Of a DNA stretch of 64,000 nucleotides, positions 1-13,900 are shown one piece after another. Position 1 is the first letter of the stretch, and every line of letters starts with the position of its first letter. Both the position numbers and the translations under genes were made by a program. The notes under the pieces are model-generated. The model had not been told where the DNA came from. It ran no database searches and worked only from the letters and a program-made list of their open reading frames with translations. Source of the DNA: Auanema rhodensis (lineage: Eukaryota; Animalia; Nematoda); NCBI GenBank assembly GCA_964057225.1, contig OZ059900.1, positions 7,874,001 to 7,938,000 on the forward strand. Direction: 5' to 3'.

Positions 1-239
1 AATATCAAGAATTATTGGTTTTTTGGGGTTTGAAGGGCATTTTGGCTAAATCAGTCAAACTTTTGATCTTAAGCATATTTTTTCCTTCTAAAACGACTAA
101 ATGTATGAAATACTGTCAAAGAATGTTCATATAGGTGTATTTCGCACGAATATCAAAACTGATTGAAATATGGGCCTTTTTATGCTCAAAACGCCATATA
201 TTCAACGATTTTGGGTACAAAACATGTGAAAACTGTATG

Positions 240-1979
240 TTTTGATCAGACCCTTTGAGATATGGATTTAAAATTCAGGATTCATAAAATTCGACTATTT
301 TTACATATATATGTCCAATTTTAACCACTTTGGTCAAAAAGGACCGAAAATATCAAGAATTATTGGTTTTTTGGGGTTTGAAGGGCATTTTGGCAAAATC
401 AGTCAAACTTTTGATCTTGAGCATATTTTTTTCTTCTAAAACGACTAAATGTATGAAATACTGTCATAGAATGTTCATATAGGTGTATTTTGCACGAATA
501 TCAAAACTGATTGAAATATGGGCCTTTTTATGCTCAAAACGCCATATATTCAACGATTTTGGGTACAAAACATGTGAAAACTGTATGTTTTGATCAGACC
601 CTTTGAGATATGGATTTGAAATTCAGGATTCATAAACTTTGACTATTTTTACATATATATGTTCAATTTTAACCACTTTGGTCAAAAAGGACCGAAAATA
701 TCAAGAATTATTGGTTTTTTGGGGTTTGAAGGGCATTTTGGCAAAATCAGTCAAACTTTTGATCTTAAGCATATTTTTTTCTTCTAAAACGACTAAATGT
801 ATGAAATACTGTCATAGAATGTTCATATAGGTGTATTTTGCACGAATATCAAAACTGATTGAAATATGGGCCTTTTTATGCTCAAAACGCCATATATTCA
901 ACGATTTTGGGTACAAAACATGTGAAAACTGTATGTTTTGATCAGACCCTTTGAGATATGGATTTGAAATTCAGGATTCATAAACTTCGACTATTTCTAC
1001 ATATATATGTCCAATTTTAACCACTTTGGTCAAAAAGGACCGAAAATATCAAAAATTATTGGTTTTTTGGGGTTTGAAGGGCATTTTGGCAAAATCAGTC
1101 AAACTTTTGATCTTAAGCATATTTTTTTCTTCTAAAACGACTAAATGTATGAAATACTGTCAAAGAATGTTCATATAGGTGTATTTTGCACGAATATCAA
1201 AACTGATTGAAATATGGGCCTTTTTATGCTCAAAACGCCATATATTCAACGATTTTGGGTACAAAACATGTGAAAACGGTATGTTTTGATCAGACCCTTT
1301 GAGATATGGATTTGAAATTCAGGATTCATAAACTTTGACTATTTTCACATATATATGTCCAATTTTAACCACTTTGGTCAAAAAGGACCGAAAATATCAA
1401 GAATTATTGGTTTTTTGGGGTTTGAAGGGCATTTTGGCAAAATCAGTCAAACTTTTGATCTTAAGCATATTTTTTTCTTCTAAAACGACTAAATGTATGA
1501 AATACTGTCATAGAATGTTCATATAGGTGTATTTTGCACGAATATCAAAACTGATTGAAATATGGGCCTTTTTATGCTCAAAACGCCATATATTCAACGA
1601 TTTTGGGTACAAAACATGTGAAAACTGTATGTTTTGATCAGACCCTTTGAGATATGGATTTGAAATTCAGGATTCATAAACTTCGACTATTTCTACATAT
1701 ATATGTCCAATTTTAACCACTTTGGTCAAAAAGGACCGAAAATATCAAGAATTATTGGTTTTTTGGGGTTTGAAGGGCATTTTGGCAAAATCAGTCAAAC
1801 TTTTGATCTTAAGCATATTTTTTTCTTCTAAAACGACTAAATGTATGAAATACTGTCAAAGAATGTTCATATAGGTGTATTTTGCACGAATATCAAAACT
1901 GATTGAAATATGGGCCTTTTTATGCTCAAAACGCCATATATTCAACGATTTTGGGTACAAAACATGTGAAAACTGTATG
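240..1979. repeat. 5-monomer unit (1740 bp) with monomer-type order A-S-C-P-C'
   Basis: Types are defined by linked alleles near offsets 270-315. A=TTTAAA..AAATTCG..TTTTTAC; S=CTTTG..GTTCAA; C=CTTCG..TTTCTAC with downstream CAAAAATT and GTCAAAG; P=CTTTG..TTTTCAC; C'=as C but CAAGAATT. The same order restarts at ~1980 with one C duplicated and recurs at ~34.7-36.4 kb. Confidence 0.7.
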
Positions 1980-4900
1980 TTTTGATCAGACCCTTTGAGA
2001 TATGGATTTAAAATTCAGGATTCATAAAATTCGACTATTTTTACATATATATGTCCAATTTTAACCACTTTGGTCAAAAAGGACCGAAAATATCAAGAAT
2101 TATTGGTTTTTTGGGGTTTGAAGGGCATTTTGGCAAAATCAGTCAAACTTTTGATCTTAAGCATATTTTTTTCTTCTAAAACGACTAAATGTATGAAATA
2201 CTGTCATAGAATGTTCATATAGGTGTATTTTGCACGAATATCAAAACTGATTGAAATATGGGCCTTTTTATGCTCAAAACGCCATATATTCAACGATTTT
2301 GGGTACAAAACATGTGAAAACTGTATGTTTTGATCAGACCCTTTGAGATATGGATTTGAAATTCAGGATTCATAAACTTTGACTATTTTTACATATATAT
2401 GTTCAATTTTAACCACTTTGGTCAAAAAGGACCGAAAATATCAAGAATTATTGGTTTTTTGGGGTTTGAAGGGCATTTTGGCAAAATCAGTCAAACTTTT
2501 GATCTTAAGCATATTTTTTTCTTCTAAAACGACTAAATGTATGAAATACTGTCATAGAATGTTCATATAGGTGTATTTTGCACGAATATCAAAACTGATT
2601 GAAATATGGGCCTTTTTATGCTCAAAACGCCATATATTCAACGATTTTGGGTACAAAACATGTGAAAACTGTATGTTTTGATCAGACCCTTTGAGATATG
2701 GATTTGAAATTCAGGATTCATAAACTTCGACTATTTCTACATATATATGTCCAATTTTAACCACTTTGGTCAAAAAGGACCGAAAATATCAAAAATTATT
2801 GGTTTTTTGGGGTTTGAAGGGCATTTTGGCAAAATTAGTCAAACTTTTGATCTTAAGCATATTTTTTTCTTCTAAAACGACTAAATGTATGAAATACTGT
2901 CATAGAATGTTCATATAGGTGTATTTTGCACGAATATCAAAACTGATTGAAATATGGGCCTTTTTATGCTCAAAACGCCATATATTCAACGATTTTGGGT
3001 ACAAAACATGTGAAAACTGTATGTTTTGATCAGACCCTTTGAGATATGGATTTGAAATTCAGGATTCATAAACTTCGACTATTTCTACATATATATGTCC
3101 AATTTTAACCACTTTGGTCAAAAAGGACCGAAAATATCAAAAATTATTGGTTTTTTGGGGTTTGAAGGGCATTTTGGCAAAATTAGTCAAACTTTTGATC
3201 TTAAGCATATTTTTTTCTTCTAAAACGACTAAATGTATGAAATACTGTCAAAGAATGTTCATATAGGTGTATTTTGCACGAATATCAAAACTGATTGAAA
3301 TATGGGCCTTTTTATGCTCAAAACGCCATATATTCAACGATTTTGGGTACAAAACATGTGAAAACTGTATGTTTTGATCAGACCCTTTGAGATATGGATT
3401 TGAAATTCAGGATTCATAAACTTTGACTATTTTCACATATATATGTCCAATTTTAACCACTTTGGTCAAAAAGGACCGAAAATATCAAGAATTATTGGTT
3501 TTTTGGGGTTTGAAGGGCATTTTGGCAAAATCAGTCAAACTTTTGATCTTAAGCATATTTTTTTCTTCTAAAACGACTAAATGTATGAAATACTGTCATA
3601 GAATGTTCATATAGGTGTATTTTGCACGAATATCAAAACTGATTGAAATATGGGCCTTTTTATGCTCAAAACGCCATATATTCAACGATTTTGGGTACAA
3701 AACATGTGAAAACTGTATGTTTTGATCAGACCCTTTGAGATATGGATTTGAAATTCAGGATTCATAAACTTCGACTATTTCTACATATATATGTCCAATT
3801 TCAACCACTTTGGTCAAAAAGGACCGAAAATATCAAGAATTATTGGTTTTTTGGGGTTTGAAGGGCATTTTGGCAAAATCAGTCAAACTTTTGATCTTAA
3901 GCATATTTTTTTCTTCTAAAACGACTAAATGTATGAAATACTGTCAAAGAATGTTCATATAGGTGTATTTTGCACGAATATCAAAACTGATTGAAATATG
4001 GGCCTTTTTATGCTCAAAACGCCATATATTCAACGATTTTGGGTACAAAACATGTGAAAACTGTATGTTTTGATCAGACCCTTTGAGATATGGATTTGAA
4101 ATTCAGGATTCATAAACTTCGACTATTTCTACATATATATGTTCAATTTTAACCACTTTGGTCAAAAAGGACCGAAAATATCAAGAATTATTGGTTTTTT
4201 GGGGTTTGAAGGGCATTTTGGCTAAATCAGTCAAACTTTTGATCTTAAGCATATTTTTTTCTTCTAAAACGACTAAATGTATGAAATACTGTCAAAGAAT
4301 GTTCATATAGGTGTATTTTGCACGAATATCAAAACTGATTGAAATATGGGCCTTTTTATGCTCAAAACGCCATATATTCAACGATTTTGGGTACAAAACA
4401 TGTGAAAACTGTATGTTTTGATCAGACCCTTTGAGATATGGATTTAAAATTCAGGATTCATAAAATTCGACTATTTTTAAATATATATGTCCAATTTTAA
4501 CCACTTTGGTCAAAAAGGACCGAAAATATCAAGAATTATTGGTTTTTTGGGGTTTGAAGGGCATTTTGGCAAAATCAGTCAAACTTTTGATCTTAAGCAT
4601 ATTTTTTTCTTCTAAAACGACTAAATGTATGAAATACTGTCAAAGAATGTTCATATAGGTGTATTTTGCACGAATATCAAAACTGATTGAAATATGGGCC
4701 TTTTTATGCTCAAAACGCCATATATTCAACGATTTTGGGTACAAAACATGTGAAAACTGTATGTTTTGATCAGACCCTTTGAGATATGGATTTAAAATTC
4801 AGGATTCATAAAATTCGACTATTTTTACATATATATGTCCAATTTTAACCACTTTGGTCAAAAAGGACCGAAAATATCAAGAATTATTGGTTTTTTGGGG

Positions 4901-7900
4901 TTTGAAGGGCATTTTGGCAAAATCAGTCAAACTTTTGATCTTAAGCATATTTTTTTCTTCTAAAACGACTAAATGTATGAAATACTGTCATAGAATGTTC
5001 ATATAGGTGTATTTTGCACGAATATCAAAACTGATTGAAATATGGGCCTTTTTATGCTCAAAACGCCATATATTCAACGATTTTGGGTACAAAACATGTG
5101 AAAACTGTATGTTTTGATCAGACCCTTTGAGATATGGATTTGAAATTCAGGATTCATAAACTTCGACTATTTTTACATATATATGTTCAATTTTAACCAC
5201 TTTGGTCAAAAAGGACCGAAAATATCAAGAATTATTGGTTTTTTGGGGTTTGAAGGGCATTTTGGCAAAATCAGTCAAACTTTTGATCTTAAGCATATTT
5301 TTTTCTTCTAAAACGACTAAATGTATGAAATACTGTCATAGAATGTTCATATAGGTGTATTTTGCACGAATATCAAAACTGATTGAAATATGGGCCTTTT
5401 TATGCTCAAAACGCCATATATTCAACGATTTTGGGTACAAAACATGTGAAAACTGTATGTTTTGATCAGACCCTTTGAGATATGGATTTGAAATTCAGGA
5501 TTCATAAACTTCGACTATTTCTACATATATATGTCCAATTTTAACCACTTTGGTCAAAAAGGACCGAAAATATCAAAAATTATTGGTTTTTTGGGGTTTG
5601 AAGGGCATTTTGGCAAAATCAGTCAAACTTTTGATCTTAAGCATATTTTTTTCTTCTAAAACGACTGAATGTATGAAATACTGTCAAAGAATGTTCATAT
5701 AGGTGTATTTTGCACGAATATCAAAACTGATTGAAATATGGGCCTTTTTATGCTCAAAACGCCATATATTCAACGATTTTGGGTACAAAACATGTGAAAA
5801 CTGTATGTTTTGATCAGACCCTTTGAGATATGGATTTGAAATTCAGGATTCATAAACTTTGACTATTTTCACATATATATGTCCAATTTTAACCACTTTG
5901 GTCAAAAAGGACCGAAAATATCAAGAATTATTGGTTTTTTGGGGTTTGAAGGGCATTTTGGCAAAATCAGTCAAACTTTTGATCTTAAGCATATTTTTTT
6001 CTTCTAAAACGACTAAATGTATGAAATACTGTCATAGAATGTTCATATAGGTGTATTTTGCACGAATATCAAAACTGATTGAAATATGGGCCTTTTTATG
6101 CTCAAAACGCCATATATTCAACGATTTTGGGTACAAAACATGTGAAAACTGTATGTTTTGATCAGACCCTTTGAGATATGGATTTGAAATTCAGGATTCA
6201 TAAACTTCGACTATTTCTACATATATATGTCCAATTTTAACCACTTTGGTCAAAAAGGACCGAAAATATCAAAAATTATTGGTTTTTTGGGGTTTGAAGG
6301 GCATTTTGGCAAAATCAGTCAAACTTTTGATCTTAAGCATATTTTTTTCTTCTAAAACGACTGAATGTATGAAATACTGTCAAAGAATGTTCATATAGGT
6401 GTATTTTGCACGAATATCAAAACTGATTGAAATATGGGCCTTTTTATGCTCAAAACGCCATATATTCAACGATTTTGGGTACAAAACATGTGAAAACTGT
6501 ATGTTTTGATCAGACCCTTTGAGATATGGATTTGAAATTCAGGATTCATAAACTTTGACTATTTTCACATATATATGTCCAATTTTAACCACTTTGGTCA
6601 AAAAGGACCGAAAATATCAAGAATTATTGGTTTTTTGGGGTTTGAAGGGCATTTTGGCAAAATCAGTCAAACTTTTGATCTTAAGCATATTTTTTTCTTC
6701 TAAAACGACTAAATGTATGAAATACTGTCATAGAATGTTCATATAGGTGTATTTTGCACGAATATCAAAACTGATTGAAATATGGGCCTTTTTATGCTCA
6801 AAACGCCATATATTCAACGATTTTGGGTACAAAACATGTGAAAACTGTATGTTTTGATCAGACCCTTTGAGATATGGATTTGAAATTCAGGATTCATAAA
6901 CTTTGACTATTTTTACATATATATGTTCAATTTTAACCACTTTGGTCAAAAAGGACCGAAAATATCAAGAATTATTGGTTTTTTGGGGTTTGAAGGGCAT
7001 TTTGGCAAAATCAGTCAAACTTTTGATCTTAAGCATATTTTTTTCTTCTAAAACGACTAAATGTATGAAATACTGTCATAGAATGTTCATATAGGTGTAT
7101 TTTGCACGAATATCAAAACTGATTGAAATATGGGCCTTTTTATGCTCAAAACGCCATATATTCAACGATTTTGGGTACAAAACATGTGAAAACTGTATGT
7201 TTTGATCAGACCCTTTGAGATATGGATTTGAAATTCAGGATTCATAAACTTTGACTATTTTTACATATATATGTTCAATTTTAACCACTTTGGTCAAAAA
7301 GGACCGAAAATATCAAGAATTATTGGTTTTTTGGGGTTTGAAGGGCATTTTGGCAAAATCAGTCAAACTTTTGATCTTAAGCATATTTTTTTCTTCTAAA
7401 ACGACTAAATGTATGAAATACTGTCATAGAATGTTCATATAGGTGTATTTTGCACGAATATCAAAACTGATTGAAATATGGGCCTTTTTATGCTCAAAAC
7501 GCCATATATTCAACGATTTTGGGTACAAAACATGTGAAAACTGTATGTTTTGATCAGACCCTTTGAGATATGGATTTGAAATTCAGGATTCATAAACTTC
7601 GACTATTTCTACATATATATGTCCAATTTTAACCACTTTGGTCAAAAAGGACCGAAAATATCAAAAATTATTGGTTTTTTGGGGTTTGAAGGGCATTTTG
7701 GCAAAATCAGTCAAACTTTTGATCTTAAGCATATTTTTTTCTTCTAAAACGACTGAATGTATGAAATACTGTCAAAGAATGTTCATATAGGTGTATTTTG
7801 CACGAATATCAAAACTGATTGAAATATGGGCCTTTTTATGCTCAAAACGCCATATATTCAACGATTTTGGGTACAAAACATGTGAAAACTGTATGTTTTG

Positions 7901-10900
7901 ATCAGACCCTTTGAGATATGGATTTGAAATTCAGGATTCATAAACTTTGACTATTTTCACATATATATGTCCAATTTTAACCACTTTGGTCAAAAAGGAC
8001 CGAAAATATCAAGAATTATTGGTTTTTTGGGGTTTGAAGGGCATTTTGGCAAAATCAGTCAAACTTTTGATCTTAAGCATATTTTTTTCTTCTAAAACGA
8101 CTAAATGTATGAAATACTGTCATAGAATGTTCATATAGGTGTATTTTGCACGAATATCAAAACTGATTGAAATATGGGCCTTTTTATGCTCAAAACGCCA
8201 TATATTCAACGATTTTGGGTACAAAACATGTGAAAACTGTATGTTTTGATCAGACCCTTTGAGATATGGATTTGAAATTCAGGATTCATAAACTTTGACT
8301 ATTTTTACATATATATGTTCAATTTTAACCACTTTGGTCAAAAAGGACCGAAAATATCAAGAATTATTGGTTTTTTGGGGTTTGAAGGGCATTTTGGCAA
8401 AATCAGTCAAACTTTTGATCTTAAGCATATTTTTTTCTTCTAAAACGACTAAATGTATGAAATACTGTCATAGAATGTTCATATAGGTGTATTTTGCACG
8501 AATATCAAAACTGATTGAAATATGGGCCTTTTTATGCTCAAAACGCCATATATTCAACGATTTTGGGTACAAAACATGTGAAAACTGTATGTTTTGATCA
8601 GACCCTTTGAGATATGGATTTGAAATTCAGGATTCATAAACTTCGACTATTTCTACATATATATGTCCAATTTTAACCACTTTGGTCAAAAAGGACCGAA
8701 AATATCAAGAATTATTGGTTTTTTGGGGTTTGAAGGGCATTTTGGCAAAATCAGTCAAACTTTTGATCTTAAGCATATTTTTTTCTTCTAAAACGACTAA
8801 ATGTATGAAATACTGTCATAGAATGTTCATATAGGTGTATTTTGCACGAATATCAAAACTGATTGAAATATGGGCCTTTTTATGCTCAAAACGCCATATA
8901 TTCAACGATTTTGGGTACAAAACATGTGAAAACTGTATGTTTTGATCAGACCCTTTGAGATATGGATTTGAAATTCAGGATTCATAAACTTCGACTATTT
9001 CTACATATATATGTCCAATTTTAACCACTTTGGTCAAAAAGGACCGAAAATATCAAGAATTATTGGTTTTTTGGGGTTTGAAGGGCATTTTGGCAAAATC
9101 AGTCAAACTTTTGATCTTAAGCATATTTTTTTCTTCTAAAACGACTAAATGTATGAAATACTGTCATAGAATGTTCATATAGGTGTATTTTGCACGAATA
9201 TCAAAACTGATTGAAATATGGGCCTTTTTATGCTCAAAACGCCATATATTCAACGATTTTGGGTACAAAACATGTGAAAACTGTATGTTTTGATCAGACC
9301 CTTTGAGATATGGATTTGAAATTCAGGATTCATAAACTTTGACTATTTTTACATATATATGTTCAATTTTAACCACTTTGGTCAAAAAGGACCGAAAATA
9401 TCAAGAATTATTGGTTTTTTGGGGTTTGAAGGGCATTTTGGCAAAATCAGTCAAACTTTTGATCTTAAGCATATTTTTTTCTTCTAAAACGACTAAATGT
9501 ATGAAATACTGTCATAGAATGTTCATATAGGTGTATTTTGCACGAATATCAAAACTGATTGAAATATGGGCCTTTTTATGCTCAAAACGCCATATATTCA
9601 ACGATTTTGGGTACAAAACATGTGAAAACTGTATGTTTTGATCAGACCCTTTGAGATATGGATTTGAAATTCAGGATTCATAAACTTCGACTATTTCTAC
9701 ATATATATGTCCAATTTTAACCACTTTGGTCAAAAAGGACCGAAAATATCAAAAATTATTGGTTTTTTGGGGTTTGAAGGGCATTTTGGCAAAATCAGTC
9801 AAACTTTTGATCTTAAGCATATTTTTTTCTTCTAAAACGACTGAATGTATGAAATACTGTCAAAGAATGTTCATATAGGTGTATTTTGCACGAATATCAA
9901 AACTGATTGAAATATGGGCCTTTTTATGCTCAAAACGCCATATATTCAACGATTTTGGGTACAAAACATGTGAAAACTGTATGTTTTGATCAGACCCTTT
10001 GAGATATGGATTTGAAATTCAGGATTCATAAACTTTGACTATTTCTACATATATATGTCCAATTTTAACCACTTTGGTCAAAAAGGACCGAAAATATCAA
10101 AAATTATTGGTTTTTTGGGGTTTGAAGGGCATTTTGGCAAAATCAGTCAAACTTTTGATCTTAAGCATATTTTTTTCTTCTAAAACGACTGAATGTATGA
10201 AATACTGTCAAAGAATGTTCATATAGGTGTATTTTGCACGAATATCAAAACTGATTGAAATATGGGCCTTTTTATGCTCAAAACGCCATATATTCAACGA
10301 TTTTGGGTACAAAACATGTGAAAACTGTATGTTTTGATCAGACCCTTTGAGATATGGATTTGAAATTCAGGATTCATAAACTTTGACTATTTTCACATAT
10401 ATATGTCCAATTTTAACCACTTTGGTCAAAAAGGACCGAAAATATCAAGAATTATTGGTTTTTTGGGGTTTGAAGGGCATTTTGGCAAAATCAGTCAAAC
10501 TTTTGATCTTAAGCATATTTTTTTCTTCTAAAACGACTAAATGTATGAAATACTGTCATAGAATGTTCATATAGGTGTATTTTGCACGAATATCAAAACT
10601 GATTGAAATATGGGCCTTTTTATGCTCAAAACGCCATATATTCAACGATTTTGGGTACAAAACATGTGAAAACTGTATGTTTTGATCAGACCCTTTGAGA
10701 TATGGATTTGAAATTCAGGATTCATAAACTTTGACTATTTTTACATATATATGTTCAATTTTAACCACTTTGGTCAAAAAGGACCGAAAATATCAAGAAT
10801 TATTGGTTTTTTGGGGTTTGAAGGGCATTTTGGCAAAATCAGTCAAACTTTTGATCTTAAGCATATTTTTTTCTTCTAAAACGACTAAATGTATGAAATA

Positions 10901-13900
10901 CTGTCATAGAATGTTCATATAGGTGTATTTTGCACGAATATCAAAACTGATTGAAATATGGGCCTTTTTATGCTCAAAACGCCATATATTCAACGATTTT
11001 GGGTACAAAACATGTGAAAACTGTATGTTTTGATCAGACCCTTTGAGATATGGATTTGAAATTCAGGATTCATAAACTTCGACTATTTCTACATATATAT
11101 GTCCAATTTTAACCACTTTGGTCAAAAAGGACCGAAAATATCAAAAATTATTGGTTTTTTGGGGTTTGAAGGGCATTTTGGCAAAATCAGTCAAACTTTT
11201 GATCTTAAGCATATTTTTTTCTTCTAAAACGACTAAATGTATGAAATACTGTCAAAGAATGTTCATATAGGTGTATTTTGCACGAATATCAAAACTGATT
11301 GAAATATGGGCCTTTTTATGCTCAAAACGCCATATATTCAACGATTTTGGGTACAAAACATGTGAAAACTGTATGTTTTGATCAGACCCTTTGAGATATG
11401 GATTTAAAATTCAGGATTCATAAAATTCGACTATTTTCACATATATATGTCCAATTTTAACCACTTTGGTCAAAAAGGACCGAAAATATCAAGAATTATT
11501 GGTTTTTTGGGGTTTGAAGGGCATTTTGGCAAAATCAGTCAAACTTTTGATCTTAAGCATATTTTTTTCTTCTAAAACGACTAAATGTATGAAATACTGT
11601 CATAGAATGTTCATATAGGTGTATTTTGCACGAATATCAAAACTGATTGAAATATGGGCCTTTTTATGCTCAAAACGCCATATATTCAACGATTTTGGGT
11701 ACAAAACATGTGAAAACTGTATGTTTTGATCAGACCCTTTGAGATATGGATTTGAAATTCAGGATTCATAAACTTCGACTATTTCTACATATATATGTCC
11801 AATTTTAACCACTTTGGTCAAAAAGGACCGAAAATATCAAGAATTATTGGTTTTTTGGGGTTTGAAGGGCATTTTGGCAAAATCAGTCAAACTTTTGATC
11901 TTAAGCATATTTTTTTCTTCTAAAACGACTAAATGTATGAAATACTGTCATAGAATGTTCATATAGGTGTATTTTGCACGAATATCAAAACTGATTGAAA
12001 TATGGGCCTTTTTATGCTCAAAACGCCATATATTCAACGATTTTGGGTACAAAACATGTGAAAACTGTATGTTTTGATCAGACCCTTTGAGATATGGATT
12101 TGAAATTCAGGATTCATAAACTTTGACTATTTTTACATATATATGTTCAATTTTAACCACTTTGGTCAAAAAGGACCGAAAATATCAAGAATTATTGGTT
12201 TTTTGGGGTTTGAAGGGCATTTTGGCAAAATCAGTCAAACTTTTGATCTTAAGCATATTTTTTTCTTCTAAAACGACTAAATGTATGAAATACTGTCATA
12301 GAATGTTCATATAGGTGTATTTTGCACGAATATCAAAACTGATTGAAATATGGGCCTTTTTATGCTCAAAACGCCATATATTCAACGATTTTGGGTACAA
12401 AACATGTGAAAACTGTATGTTTTGATCAGACCCTTTGAGATATGGATTTGAAATTCAGGATTCATAAACTTTGACTATTTTCACATATATATGTCCAATT
12501 TTAACCACTTTGGTCAAAAAGGACCGAAAATATCAAGAATTATTGGTTTTTTGGGGTTTGAAGGGCATTTTGGCAAAATCAGTCAAACTTTTGATCTTAA
12601 GCATATTTTTTTCTTCTAAAACGACTAAATGTATGAAATACTGTCATAGAATGTTCATATAGGTGTATTTTGCACGAATATCAAAACTGATTGAAATATG
12701 GGCCTTTTTATGCTCAAAACGCCATATATTCAACGATTTTGGGTACAAAACATGTGAAAACTGTATGTTTTGATCAGACCCTTTGAGATATGGATTTGAA
12801 ATTCAGGATTCATAAACTTTGACTATTTTTACATATATATGTTCAATTTTAACCACTTTGGTCAAAAAGGACCGAAAATATCAAGAATTATTGGTTTTTT
12901 GGGGTTTGAAGGGCATTTTGGCAAAATCAGTCAAACTTTTGATCTTAAGCATATTTTTTTCTTCTAAAACGACTAAATGTATGAAATACTGTCATAGAAT
13001 GTTCATATAGGTGTATTTTGCACGAATATCAAAACTGATTGAAATATGGGCCTTTTTATGCTCAAAACGCCATATATTCAACGATTTTGGGTACAAAACA
13101 TGTGAAAACTGTATGTTTTGATCAGACCCTTTGAGATATGGATTTGAAATTCAGGATTCATAAACTTCGACTATTTCTACATATATATGTCCAATTTTAA
13201 CCACTTTGGTCAAAAAGGACCGAAAATATCAAAAATTATTGGTTTTTTGGGGTTTGAAGGGCATTTTGGCAAAATCAGTCAAACTTTTGATCTTAAGCAT
13301 ATTTTTTTCTTCTAAAACGACTAAATGTATGAAATACTGTCAAAGAATGTTCATATAGGTGTATTTTGCACGAATATCAAAACTGATTGAAATATGGGCC
13401 TTTTTATGCTCAAAACGCCATATATTCAACGATTTTGGGTACAAAACATGTGAAAACTGTATGTTTTGATCAGACCCTTTGAGATATGGATTTAAAATTC
13501 AGGATTCATAAAATTCGACTATTTTTACATATATATGTCCAATTTTAACCACTTTGGTCAAAAAGGACCGAAAATATCAAGAATTATTGGTTTTTTGGGG
13601 TTTGAAGGGCATTTTGGCAAAATCAGTCAAACTTTTGATCTTAAGCATATTTTTTTCTTCTAAAACGACTAAATGTATGAAATACTGTCATAGAATGTTC
13701 ATATAGGTGTATTTTGCACGAATATCAAAACTGATTGAAATATGGGCCTTTTTATGCTCAAAACGCCATATATTCAACGATTTTGGGTACAAAACATGTG
13801 AAAACTGTATGTTTTGATCAGACCCTTTGAGATATGGATTTGAAATTCAGGATTCATAAACTTCGACTATTTCTACATATATATGTCCAATTTTAACCAC

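Noticed and set aside
19-31. TTTTTTGGGGTTT resembling a ciliate-type telomere unit, and TTAGGG in the 18.7-23.2 kb variant
   Set aside because: These are single isolated units with no tandem telomeric repeats, as expected by chance.
290-306. Possible CENP-B box at TTCG
   Set aside because: It lacks the downstream A..CGGG of the NTTCGNNNNANNCGGGN consensus.
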